A DNA stretch of 51,359 nt, from IMG/VR virus record IMGVR_UViG_3300049596_000773, positions 1 through 51,359 of that record. One strand, 5' to 3'. Positions 1 to 9,057 of the stretch are shown here, one piece after another. The DNA is from a virus (Duplodnaviria; Caudoviricetes). How positions within the stretch are numbered: the stretch's first letter is position 1; every line of letters starts with the position of its first letter. Under the pieces are notes generated by a model that saw nothing but the letters and a program-made list of their open reading frames with translations, had not been told where the DNA came from and did not search any database. A program made the position numbers and the translations under genes.

Positions 1-127
1 AGAAAAGGCTCGCTCACTGGCGAAAGAACGCGGATTCCACTTCTGATCCATGCCGGACATCTTCGATACGCTCGAAGCTCCGCCAAAGGGTGATGTCTTC
101 GATCAAATTGCCCCCGAATCCAAGGGC
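1..127. repeat. Terminal direct repeat identical to 51233-51359 (circular assembly overlap)
   Basis: The first 127 nt match the last 127 nt. The length equals a common assembler k-mer, and the ORF ending at 51278 joins the ORF starting at 50 across the junction. Confidence 0.97.
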
Positions 128-3100
128 GACATTTTTGACTCGTTAGCGCCGGAAGCGGTTGACGCGGACGCTCTGGCGGCTGTGGACGAATATCTTGCGG
201 CGTCGTCAAACGTCACGCCAAAGACATCGTTGCCGGAACTCATCACGCCAGCGCAACCCGTCGCCGGGCCAAACATCGAAGGCGCTGGCTACGTGGAAAA
301 GCCGCTGCAATTCACCGCGCCGGAAACGGCACTGGGACAACTTGCGAAAGGCAACATTCCGGGTGCGGTCGGAACTGCGGTCGGAACCGCTGCTGGCGCT
401 GTTCGCGAATCACTGACGCCTATTCTTGGGCCGACCGAGGAACGGATTGCCGCTGAGTCCGTGCCGTGGGGAACCAATCCTGACGGCAGCGTGAAATACG
501 AATACAAGCCGATGGCGGACTTGATGACGCGCAAGGGCATCTTCGCCACGCCGGAAATGTTCGATCTTGCGCCGATTCCGCCCGATCCAAATGATCCTGC
601 GTGGGAGGCTGCACTCAAGGCCGGAACCAATCAGGCGGCGGCGTTTGCAAAGTTTGGCATGAGTCCAGGCGGAGTTTTGATGACGGCTATGGGCGGTGCC
701 GGTGCTCTTGCAAATGCGGCAAAGGGACTGGCTCCGGCTGGGCTTGGAGCGGAGAGCGCGGGCGCAGCGCAGATTGCTTCGACGCTCGCCAAGACAGGAA
801 AGGGTGCCGCTGGCTTCTTCGCCGTGGATATGGCAGCGGCAGCGCCGGAACAATTCGAGCAGGCGTTTAACGCGCCGACATTGCAGGGCAAGATTGAGGG
901 ATGGATTGGGGCGGTGTCGTCACTTGGCTTTTCGGCGCTGGCAACAAAACACGCCCTAGGGAAACCCCTTACTCCAGCTGAAAGCGGAAAGGTGGAAAGC
1001 GTTGCTGAGATAGTAAAGGGAGCGCCGGATGCTGTCCTGGAAGCGGTGGCGCAACCAAGAAACAACTTCGATGTTTATTCGCAAGCCATCGCTCAAAATG
1101 AGCTGATTCGTCGGTTCAAGGAGCAGCAAGCCGCACTCGCGCCGGAAGCCACTGCCGCAGCGGAGGTGGCGGCTACGACGCTGCCGAGTGGCAAGGCTGG
1201 ACCGCCTGACCCGGTGGCGACTGCTGCCGGTGCCGTCAAGACGGCGGAGGCTGCTGCGGCTGCTGGAAAGCCGTTCGCGCCAAACATTGAAGGGCCGATC
1301 ACTGAGGCGCAATACGGGCGCACGTTGGATGCGTTCGACGTGACGGCAAGAATGAAGCGCAAACCATCTTCGCCAGCCCCGTCGGGCACACCCACACCGG
1401 AACAACCGCCTTCGGTGGCTGGCGCACTTTCACCCGAGCCGACACGCACGGAGCCGTCGCCGGTCGCTACCCCGGCGGCGGCTGTGCCGGAAGCGAAGGC
1501 TGCTGAACCTACACAGCAGCAATACGACGCGATGGTTGCGGCTGATCGAGTAAAAAACTTAAAGCGACTCAAAGAGGAACGCAAAGACTTGATTTCGCAG
1601 TATGGAAATCAAGGTGAAAAGCATCCGCTTGGAAGGATGATTGGCGGGCTGAATCCTGCCGCCGTGAAGCTACAATCCATTCGTGGACAAATCGCACAAC
1701 TTGAACGGCTGATTGGCGAAACAAAACCGGAAAAGCCGGTGATGACTCCAATCTCAGGCACGAACGCTAGGCGCGAGATGGGATTGCTTTACGATGTGAA
1801 ATTTGGAGAGCGAACAGGGAAGATTGGAAAAAGCAATTTAGGGAAGTGGTATGCGGTGGAAAACGGCGAGATTGTCACGCAAGATTTCCGCACCGCTGCG
1901 GAAGCGCGTGATGCTTGGGCTAAAGCAGCCACCCCCACCCCCACCCCCGCGCCATCGCCCGCGCCCGCAGCGCAGGCGGCTGTGCCGAAACTCCGCGAAG
2001 GCCAGAAACAAGGTGACTTGCTCGGCGGCAGCGAAGACCTGACGCTGGTTGGCGAGCGCGTGCGAAGCGAAGCGCCCAAACCGAAAGGACCGGAACCGAC
2101 CGTTCAGCAGACCATCAGCGACGCCTTGGACGCCTACGGCGATTTGCCGAGCGCATGGGAGCATCTGGACAATCAGGTGAAGTCGCTGGAAAACAACAAG
2201 GCGAACAAGGCTGCTATCACCCGGCTCAACGCCGCCAAGCGCAAGATTGAGAACACTCTGGAAGAAGAGGCGCGGCGCGCGGAAGTGGAGCAGGTGGATG
2301 CTTTCAATACCGGCCTTTACGAACTGGAAAGCAGCATCAAGGAGCTTGGCGGCATCGCCACTACGACCGGAAAAGGCAAAGGGTCCGGCGGCGAACTGAG
2401 CCGCATCGCAGAGGCGCGGAAAGGCGCGCTCTTGAAGCTGTTTCGCAAGAACGCACCGTCGCATGACACGCTGCGCGAGGGATTGGAGGAACGCGGATTC
2501 CAGTTTTCCACACCGGACGAAATGTTCATGGCGCTGGAAGATTCAATGCGGTCAGGAAAGAAACTTTACGGCAGTCAGTTTCCCGAGGGATACACGGGCG
2601 GACCCGGTGCGATGGGGCCGGTGGAAGCGGCGTATCAGGCGGCGTCACGAAGGATTCTTGGCGGATATAACGCTGAGGTAGAAGCGGCGCAAATCCGGCG
2701 CGGACAGGTGCCGACAGTCAGCGAAGCGCGCAAGGAAGACCCGGTGACATTTGAGAACGCGATGGACGCGATTGAAAAGAATCCGGCACTGCCGGAAAAG
2801 CTGGTCGATGACATTCTCAAAAAGGAAAAGAAGTCCATTACCGATGAGGAGCAACAGATGCTTACCTATCGCCGTGCCGAGCTTGAAAACAAGATGGCGG
2901 CGGAAAGCGAGCGCGCCATTGATCCATCTTTGACACCTGAGCAACAAGCGGTTCACCAGACAAATGCGGAAGTTTTCGAGGCGCAACTGCTTCGCGCAGA
3001 AGAAGCGAATCGCATGGCTGGAACGGCCAGCGGTCGCGCCTTGCGGTCGCGGCAGATGCAGATGAATGACGATTACACCTACGCTGGGCTAATGATGCGC

Positions 3101-6100
3101 GAGCGCCGGGCGACGGGTGATGTTGTTCCAAAGGAACGCGCTGCGGAACTTAAAAAGACCGCCGAGGAATATAAGAAAGCGCAAGCCGAGGTGGACTTGG
3201 AAAGGGAGACTCGTCAAAAGCGGGACGAGGACGCGGTGATGGAAGCCGTAGTGGTCGAGATGGAAAGGGAATTGGAGGCTGCGGCGAAAACCGGAGCTAC
3301 CTATCATCCCAGCGTCATGCAGCACGCCAAGGAAATCGTGGAGCGCGCAAAAGGTGAGGCGGCGGATGCGTGGAAACGAATCCGTAGCCAAATGGGCAGC
3401 GAATCCGGCGCAGTGGGTGGTATTGGCGGACCCAAAGGAGAAGGTAATTACCTAGGCAAACCCACTAAACAGCAAATCGCTGCGAAGAATCGCGCAACCC
3501 TAATAAACGACGTTGCTCTCATTCTAAAGGCTAGGGTCTATGAGTTTGGTGTCAAGATGGCGGAGGCGGCGCAATACGTTCTTTTGAAGTCCGGCGACAT
3601 GGGTGACAGCATCCGTCCGATTCTTGCCAGAGCCGTAGCCAAGGCGAACACGATGATGGAACGGGAGCTTAATACGCGCCCGCAAAAGGTAAAAGAAGCT
3701 GTCAAAACCGGCGCGACGGCACCGGAGAAGCAGCCCAAAGCCAAGCCAACTCCAGAGTCGTATATCGACAAGGGGAAGGCGTCCGTGGTAGCTGGCGACG
3801 ATCCGCTTTACCGGAAGGAAATCGGCGAAGCGATTGATGGTGGAAATGTCACTGTCGAAACGCATAAGCTGATGAGCAGCGCGAGAAAGCTCGTTTATGA
3901 CATCGTGGTGGCGCATTGGGAGAATGGCGTGCGCGGAACTGATGCACTCATGGACGCGGCGCTCAAGACTGTGCAGGAATTTCTGCCAGATGCCACGTTG
4001 CGCGATATTCACCGGGCTTACGGCGAATACGGCAAGGTGAAGTTCCCAAACAAGGACGCTTTGAGCATGCAGCTTTCCGCCGCTTATCGGGAAACGAAGC
4101 TGATGGAGGATATTGCCCGCATGGAGAAGGACGACAAGGATGCGTTGCGTCGCGGATTTACACCGGCAAAGCCAAACCTTCGACAGCGTGAGCTTGCCAG
4201 TAAGCGTGCGGAGTTGCAAAAACTCAGGCAAGGAGAGCCATCTCCTGAAAAGTTGGCAGGAATCCAACAGGCGCGTCAAACCGCCTTGAAGAACCGGATG
4301 GAGGTCTTGGACAAGATGCTCAAGACTGGCGAAAAGCCGCCCAAAGGCCGAAAGGTGCCGGATGATGTTTTTACCGAGCAGTTGAAAAGCGAGAAGCAGG
4401 CAATGCAGGATTTGTGGAATGAAATCGAGGCAGCCAAGAATCCTCCACCACCTGAGCACATTGTTGAACTCGCCAGACTGCAAGACCGCGCCGACATCCT
4501 TCGTGACAGGCTGGCAAGAATGGAGCTGACTCAGCCAAAGGCCGAAGGAAAACCCACTGTGGATACGGCAGAGATTGCCGCTGCAAAGGCTGAAATAAAG
4601 CAGCTTTCCGACACGATGGCAGAGCTTCGCAAGCCCGTCCCGCTCTCCGACGCTCAGAAAGCGCTCGACAGCGCATTGATAGCACGCGAACGCGCCGGTC
4701 AGACCTTGGACGACATATCCACTGGCAAGGTGAAAGACCCGGCGAAGATCAAGGAGGCGCTGACGCAACTGGAAGAGGATGTTCGCCTCGAAACCGATGC
4801 GCTCAAGGCGCTGGCCGCCGAGATGCGCCGGGACGCCAAGCCAAAGAGTGATCCTGGCTATCTGAAAGAGCAGGCGCAAATCAAGGCACTCGAACGCGCC
4901 ATTGCCAGCTACGCCGAGAAAGTGGCGAAAGGTGACTTGGCCGGCAAAGGCAAGGTGCAGGGGCCGGACTCGCGCCGTGTAGCGCAGTTGAAGGCCATCC
5001 GCGATTCGCGCCGTGCCGCGTATCAGGCGGCTAGGAACGCCGGAAAGCCGGTGCTATCACCGGAACAGCGTTGGAACGCCACGCGACTAAAGGCACTGAC
5101 CAAGCGCGAGGCCGACTTTAGGGAGAAGATTCGCACCGGACAGTATGCGCGCCCTCCCAAAAGAGTTCCGCCGAAGATGGATCAAGCCACGCAGGACGCG
5201 CAAATCCGTGTGGATGCGATAAAGCAAAAGTTTCTCAAAGAGCAGTTCGATTACTACCAGAAACAACGCGCCACTAGCAAAAAGATCGTGGACGGCATCG
5301 GGCAGACGCTTCGTGCTGGCATCAATATCGTTTCCTCCACCGATTTGAGCGGATTCCGTCAAGGCATGGGCGCAACCATGATTGCTTTTGGAAAGACCGT
5401 GTTTCCGGTGGATGTCCGTCGCGGAGTTTCTGGCAAAACGCAGGTTGTTCTGACCAACCCGCTTAAATCGGCCATGATGATCCTAAAGCCGACCGCACGC
5501 ATGATTGTGGCCGGAATTTCGGAGCAAAAAGCGAGGCGCATGGAAAAGGCGAGAGAGAACCGGCCAAACGCCAAAAGCGGAGCGTATGACGCGATGGGCA
5601 TTGACCAGACAACTTTGGATACAAAGGTTCGCTCAAAGCATGAGGAAATGATGTATTCCGTTCTGGACGAATGGGCGCAGCTTCCAATACGCACCGGCTC
5701 AACCGGCAAAACCATCATCACGGCACCCGGAAAAGTTGCCGCCAAGGTTGTTCACGCATCCAACCGCGCCTTCAACACGCTGCTCAACGAAATGCGGCTG
5801 GACCTAGCCGATGCGCTTCTCGCGGAAAACTTTAGGGACCGCGCCCCGAGTCCAGCCGAATTGAAGGTGCTTGGAAACTTGGTGAACATATCCACCGGAC
5901 GCGGGAACATCAATCCAACCCTCGCCAGAGGCGCGGGGTTTGTGTTTTGGGCACCGTCACTTTTTGCCAGCCGTGTTAAGGGACTGACAATGGAACCAAT
6001 CTGGAGCATAAAGCAGCCATTCAAAGGAACAGGCCGCGCTCGCGCTGCTATTGCCAAGGACTACGCCCGCGTGATTATCAGCGGATACTTGCTCTGGAAA

Positions 6101-6568
6101 GTTGGGCAGATGTTCAGTGATGACGACGTTGACACCACTAACCCTACATCCAGCGACTTCGGCAAGATCGTTCGCGGCAACACGCGCATTGATCCGTGGG
6201 GAGGACATCAACAAGTTGCAGTTTTTGCTGCCAGAGCAATTACAGGAAAAACCACTTCCATAACCGGCAATGAGAGGGAAAACAACCTTGGCGATGTGAT
6301 TGCGAATTTCGGCAGAAACAAACTGCGACCGGACTGGGGAGCACTTTGGAACGCTTACGAAATTTACCACGACAAGCAAAGACCCGGAAGGCCGCAAACC
6401 TACTCAGAGGTTGTTGCGTCCATGTACACGCCCATGTCACTGCGCGATATTGCCGAGGTAATGCGCGACCGGGGCATGAGCGAAGGAGCGATTATCGAGG
6501 CTCTGGCCATGTTTGGCGCTGGCGTTGCTGTGTATGGCGACGAGGATGAGGCAAAGGCACGCCGATGA
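50..6568 (+). CDS. Giant (2172 aa) probable internal virion / DNA-ejection protein
   Basis: Very long Ala/Lys/Glu-rich helical ORF with three N-terminal D(I/V)FD repeats. On the circular map it follows two other low-complexity virion-type ORFs. Function is inferred from size and context. Confidence 0.65.
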   Translation: MPDIFDTLEAPPKGDVFDQIAPESKGDIFDSLAPEAVDADALAAVDEYLAASSNVTPKTSLPELITPAQPVAGPNIEGAGYVEKPLQFTAPETALGQLAKGNIPGAVGTAVGTAAGAVRESLTPILGPTEERIAAESVPWGTNPDGSVKYEYKPMADLMTRKGIFATPEMFDLAPIPPDPNDPAWEAALKAGTNQAAAFAKFGMSPGGVLMTAMGGAGALANAAKGLAPAGLGAESAGAAQIASTLAKTGKGAAGFFAVDMAAAAPEQFEQAFNAPTLQGKIEGWIGAVSSLGFSALATKHALGKPLTPAESGKVESVAEIVKGAPDAVLEAVAQPRNNFDVYSQAIAQNELIRRFKEQQAALAPEATAAAEVAATTLPSGKAGPPDPVATAAGAVKTAEAAAAAGKPFAPNIEGPITEAQYGRTLDAFDVTARMKRKPSSPAPSGTPTPEQPPSVAGALSPEPTRTEPSPVATPAAAVPEAKAAEPTQQQYDAMVAADRVKNLKRLKEERKDLISQYGNQGEKHPLGRMIGGLNPAAVKLQSIRGQIAQLERLIGETKPEKPVMTPISGTNARREMGLLYDVKFGERTGKIGKSNLGKWYAVENGEIVTQDFRTAAEARDAWAKAATPTPTPAPSPAPAAQAAVPKLREGQKQGDLLGGSEDLTLVGERVRSEAPKPKGPEPTVQQTISDALDAYGDLPSAWEHLDNQVKSLENNKANKAAITRLNAAKRKIENTLEEEARRAEVEQVDAFNTGLYELESSIKELGGIATTTGKGKGSGGELSRIAEARKGALLKLFRKNAPSHDTLREGLEERGFQFSTPDEMFMALEDSMRSGKKLYGSQFPEGYTGGPGAMGPVEAAYQAASRRILGGYNAEVEAAQIRRGQVPTVSEARKEDPVTFENAMDAIEKNPALPEKLVDDILKKEKKSITDEEQQMLTYRRAELENKMAAESERAIDPSLTPEQQAVHQTNAEVFEAQLLRAEEANRMAGTASGRALRSRQMQMNDDYTYAGLMMRERRATGDVVPKERAAELKKTAEEYKKAQAEVDLERETRQKRDEDAVMEAVVVEMERELEAAAKTGATYHPSVMQHAKEIVERAKGEAADAWKRIRSQMGSESGAVGGIGGPKGEGNYLGKPTKQQIAAKNRATLINDVALILKARVYEFGVKMAEAAQYVLLKSGDMGDSIRPILARAVAKANTMMERELNTRPQKVKEAVKTGATAPEKQPKAKPTPESYIDKGKASVVAGDDPLYRKEIGEAIDGGNVTVETHKLMSSARKLVYDIVVAHWENGVRGTDALMDAALKTVQEFLPDATLRDIHRAYGEYGKVKFPNKDALSMQLSAAYRETKLMEDIARMEKDDKDALRRGFTPAKPNLRQRELASKRAELQKLRQGEPSPEKLAGIQQARQTALKNRMEVLDKMLKTGEKPPKGRKVPDDVFTEQLKSEKQAMQDLWNEIEAAKNPPPPEHIVELARLQDRADILRDRLARMELTQPKAEGKPTVDTAEIAAAKAEIKQLSDTMAELRKPVPLSDAQKALDSALIARERAGQTLDDISTGKVKDPAKIKEALTQLEEDVRLETDALKALAAEMRRDAKPKSDPGYLKEQAQIKALERAIASYAEKVAKGDLAGKGKVQGPDSRRVAQLKAIRDSRRAAYQAARNAGKPVLSPEQRWNATRLKALTKREADFREKIRTGQYARPPKRVPPKMDQATQDAQIRVDAIKQKFLKEQFDYYQKQRATSKKIVDGIGQTLRAGINIVSSTDLSGFRQGMGATMIAFGKTVFPVDVRRGVSGKTQVVLTNPLKSAMMILKPTARMIVAGISEQKARRMEKARENRPNAKSGAYDAMGIDQTTLDTKVRSKHEEMMYSVLDEWAQLPIRTGSTGKTIITAPGKVAAKVVHASNRAFNTLLNEMRLDLADALLAENFRDRAPSPAELKVLGNLVNISTGRGNINPTLARGAGFVFWAPSLFASRVKGLTMEPIWSIKQPFKGTGRARAAIAKDYARVIISGYLLWKVGQMFSDDDVDTTNPTSSDFGKIVRGNTRIDPWGGHQQVAVFAARAITGKTTSITGNERENNLGDVIANFGRNKLRPDWGALWNAYEIYHDKQRPGRPQTYSEVVASMYTPMSLRDIAEVMRDRGMSEGAIIEALAMFGAGVAVYGDEDEAKARR

Positions 6569-8391
6569 CCGCCAAAACCAAACCAGCGCAGCGCATCAGC
6601 TACGACAACTTTGCGCTGCCGCCCGGTTATGAGCCGTGGCATCTGTGCCTGACCAAGTTCGGACTCGGCAAAGGCGAGGAAAAGCTGAAATGGTTCAAGC
6701 GTCTCGTCACTGAGCTTTGGCCGGAACCGCTTTTCATGTGGGACCGTTGGAGCGACCTGTTCTTTGGCGCGCTGTGCGGGGCGAAGGAAACCGTGGAGCG
6801 CACCATCGGCACGACGTTTGAAGCGGATTATGCGTGGTGGGAGCAACTGACAAGCACCGGGGCGGCGGGAACGGGCAAAAGCTCAAGGGCTGCGCTGTGG
6901 ATTCTCTGCAACTGGCTGTGCGCCCGCGAGCACACGACCTGCATGCTGACCTCAACCAGCGTCACCGCGCTCAAGCAGCGTATCTGGAGCGAACTGGTGG
7001 ATTGGATACAGAAGTGCAAGCAACCGTTGTCCGACCCGACGATTGGCTGGCTGCAAATCGTGCCGTCCGACACCATCATCCGGTGGAGCGGTGAGGACAC
7101 GAAAAGCGCCATCTTCGGGCGTGCCGTCGATCAGGGCGGTTCCGTGGATAACGCCGTGGGCCGCATCAAGGGTATTCACAACCGGCGCGTGTTTGTCGTC
7201 ACGGACGAAATGACGGCCATGCCCGAGGCGATTGCCAAGGCGTGCCGCAACCTGGACTCAGGCACGATGGAATTTCAGTTCATCGGGCTGGGGAACGCCA
7301 CCGATTACTCAGACCAGCACGGCATCTACTGCGAGCCGGTGAACGGCTGGAATAGCGTCACGGTGAATGACGAGTTTTGGCTGACCAAACTCGGCGGCTG
7401 TTGCGTGCATCTGGACGGGCACAAGTCGCCGTCGCTGGATGATCCGGCCAAGTTCCATTTCTACATCGGGCGCAAGAAGCTGGAAAAGGACGCACGATTC
7501 TTTGGCGGCGAGAACACGCCGGATTACTGGCGTGAGTGCCGGGGCTTTTGGGCACCGTCCGGCCTGTCCACGACGGTCATGGATGCGTTTCTGCTTTCGC
7601 AGTTCAACACCGCCGACAAAGCTGTGTGGAAGGCGCGATGGGAGATGGGCGCGGGCTTCGACGTGGCGTTTGAAGGCGGGGACCGGCGCGTGCTTTACCC
7701 GTTCAAGTTCGGAGAGTTTGCCAGCGGCGTGACGGGCATCGAGTTTCAAGCGCCGGTCATCGTGAACATCGACATGACTCAGGACAAACGCTTCATCCAC
7801 TACGGCATTGCCGCTGCCGTGGAGGAAACGTGCCGGAACTACAAGATCAACGGCCAGTCGCATCCCATCCCGCCGCGCAACCTGGCGTGCGACGTGACCG
7901 GCGAAGGCGCGGGACCGTTTGGCATCATGTCGGGAAGCTGGTCGCGCGACATCATCCCTGTGGAGTTCGGTGGCGCGGCGGAAAAGACGGCGGTATCCAC
8001 GGACAGGCCGACGACGTGGCACGAGCTTTACGGGAACAAAGTGACGGAAATCTGGTATTCAATGCGCCGGTTTATCGAGGGCGGACAGGTGCGCGGGCTG
8101 ACCGACGCCGACACGATCCGCGAGTTGACTTCCCGCGACTACATCCGCAAGGGCAACAAGACGCATGTGCTGCCAAAAAGCGAAATGAAGAAGCTCAAGG
8201 CGCGCAGCCCCGATTTGGCAGATGCGGCCTGCATAGCCGCCTTTGTGCTTCGCAAGAAAGGCATCATGCCGGCGGGCGTGGCGGACAATGTGGTGGTGGA
8301 TGCGACAGCATGGAACACGGCGGCAGAAAAGATGAATATGGAAGGGGATGAATCGGATTACGAAGATTCGACCGCAGCTTTTGCGATATGA
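6565..8391 (+). CDS. terL: Terminase large subunit
   Basis: Walker A GAAGTGKS, Walker B VFVVTDE, coupling motif FIGLGN, nuclease acidic motifs FDVAFEGGD and SPDLADA. Confidence 0.92.
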   Translation: MTAKTKPAQRISYDNFALPPGYEPWHLCLTKFGLGKGEEKLKWFKRLVTELWPEPLFMWDRWSDLFFGALCGAKETVERTIGTTFEADYAWWEQLTSTGAAGTGKSSRAALWILCNWLCAREHTTCMLTSTSVTALKQRIWSELVDWIQKCKQPLSDPTIGWLQIVPSDTIIRWSGEDTKSAIFGRAVDQGGSVDNAVGRIKGIHNRRVFVVTDEMTAMPEAIAKACRNLDSGTMEFQFIGLGNATDYSDQHGIYCEPVNGWNSVTVNDEFWLTKLGGCCVHLDGHKSPSLDDPAKFHFYIGRKKLEKDARFFGGENTPDYWRECRGFWAPSGLSTTVMDAFLLSQFNTADKAVWKARWEMGAGFDVAFEGGDRRVLYPFKFGEFASGVTGIEFQAPVIVNIDMTQDKRFIHYGIAAAVEETCRNYKINGQSHPIPPRNLACDVTGEGAGPFGIMSGSWSRDIIPVEFGGAAEKTAVSTDRPTTWHELYGNKVTEIWYSMRRFIEGGQVRGLTDADTIRELTSRDYIRKGNKTHVLPKSEMKKLKARSPDLADAACIAAFVLRKKGIMPAGVADNVVVDATAWNTAAEKMNMEGDESDYEDSTAAFAI

Positions 8392-9023
8392 ACGAGATGA
8401 CGCTGACAAATAGAACGATGGTTCCGCCCGGTGGATACCCATTCAAGCACCCGATCACCGGCCACAATTTCAACAGCGGCACATACAATTTACTGCTTTG
8501 GCAGGTTCGCGACTACTGCACTGCCAACGGATTTCCGCCCGTTGCCGAGGCGGAAATCGAGCAATATATCTGCGAGCAGCTTGGTCCGCAGACCGCACGC
8601 CGTTTCTGTTCCGGTGACGGAATCTCGGTCAGCGGCGTGGATTTGCAGTGGAGCGATATTTGGGCGGGGACGAAGGTACTGGCGTCATTCATCATCGGGG
8701 GTCGCAAGACGGTGGACAGGGCGGAAGCTGAACGTCGGGCGCAAATTTGTTTTCTGTGCAGCCGCAACGCCCGATATTCCAAACCGTGCGGCGGGGACTG
8801 CCCTGAACTGGCCGACACTGTTGCAGCGATTGTCGGAGGCGAAGGAACCACGCGGGATTTGGACCTGCACGCCTGTTCCGTGTGCAAATGCAGCAATAAA
8901 GCACAGGTTTGGGTGCCGATTGAGCACCTGAAACGCGGCGTGACGCCGGAAATTATGCCGCTTTTCCCGCCGAAATGCTGGAAACGGCAGGGAATTGAGG
9001 AAATGGACGCGGAAACCGTTTGA
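8388..9023 (+). CDS. Cys-rich putative metal-binding hypothetical protein
   Basis: CFLC, CGGDC, CSVCKC and KCW motifs; ATGA overlap with terL. Confidence 0.7.
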   Translation: MNEMTLTNRTMVPPGGYPFKHPITGHNFNSGTYNLLLWQVRDYCTANGFPPVAEAEIEQYICEQLGPQTARRFCSGDGISVSGVDLQWSDIWAGTKVLASFIIGGRKTVDRAEAERRAQICFLCSRNARYSKPCGGDCPELADTVAAIVGGEGTTRDLDLHACSVCKCSNKAQVWVPIEHLKRGVTPEIMPLFPPKCWKRQGIEEMDAETV

Positions 9024-9045
9024 CTATTTACGCAAACAACGTAAA
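9020..9045 (+). promoter_or_regulatory. Putative late promoter/operator (TTGACT plus TTTACG-N7-CGTAAA)
   Basis: TTGACT at 9020, then the palindrome TTTACG caaacaa CGTAAA. The same motif occurs at 17042 and 48439. Confidence 0.7.
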
Positions 9046-9057
9046 AACTCCGCACAG

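Noticed and set aside
1929-1968. C-rich tract CCACCCCCACCCCCACCCCC
   Set aside because: Encodes a Pro-Thr/Pro-Ala linker in the giant protein.
3524-4879. Long antisense ORFs (also 9289-10281, 18285-19403, 37161-38327)
   Set aside because: Shadow ORFs expected in GC-rich coding DNA, opposite well-supported genes.
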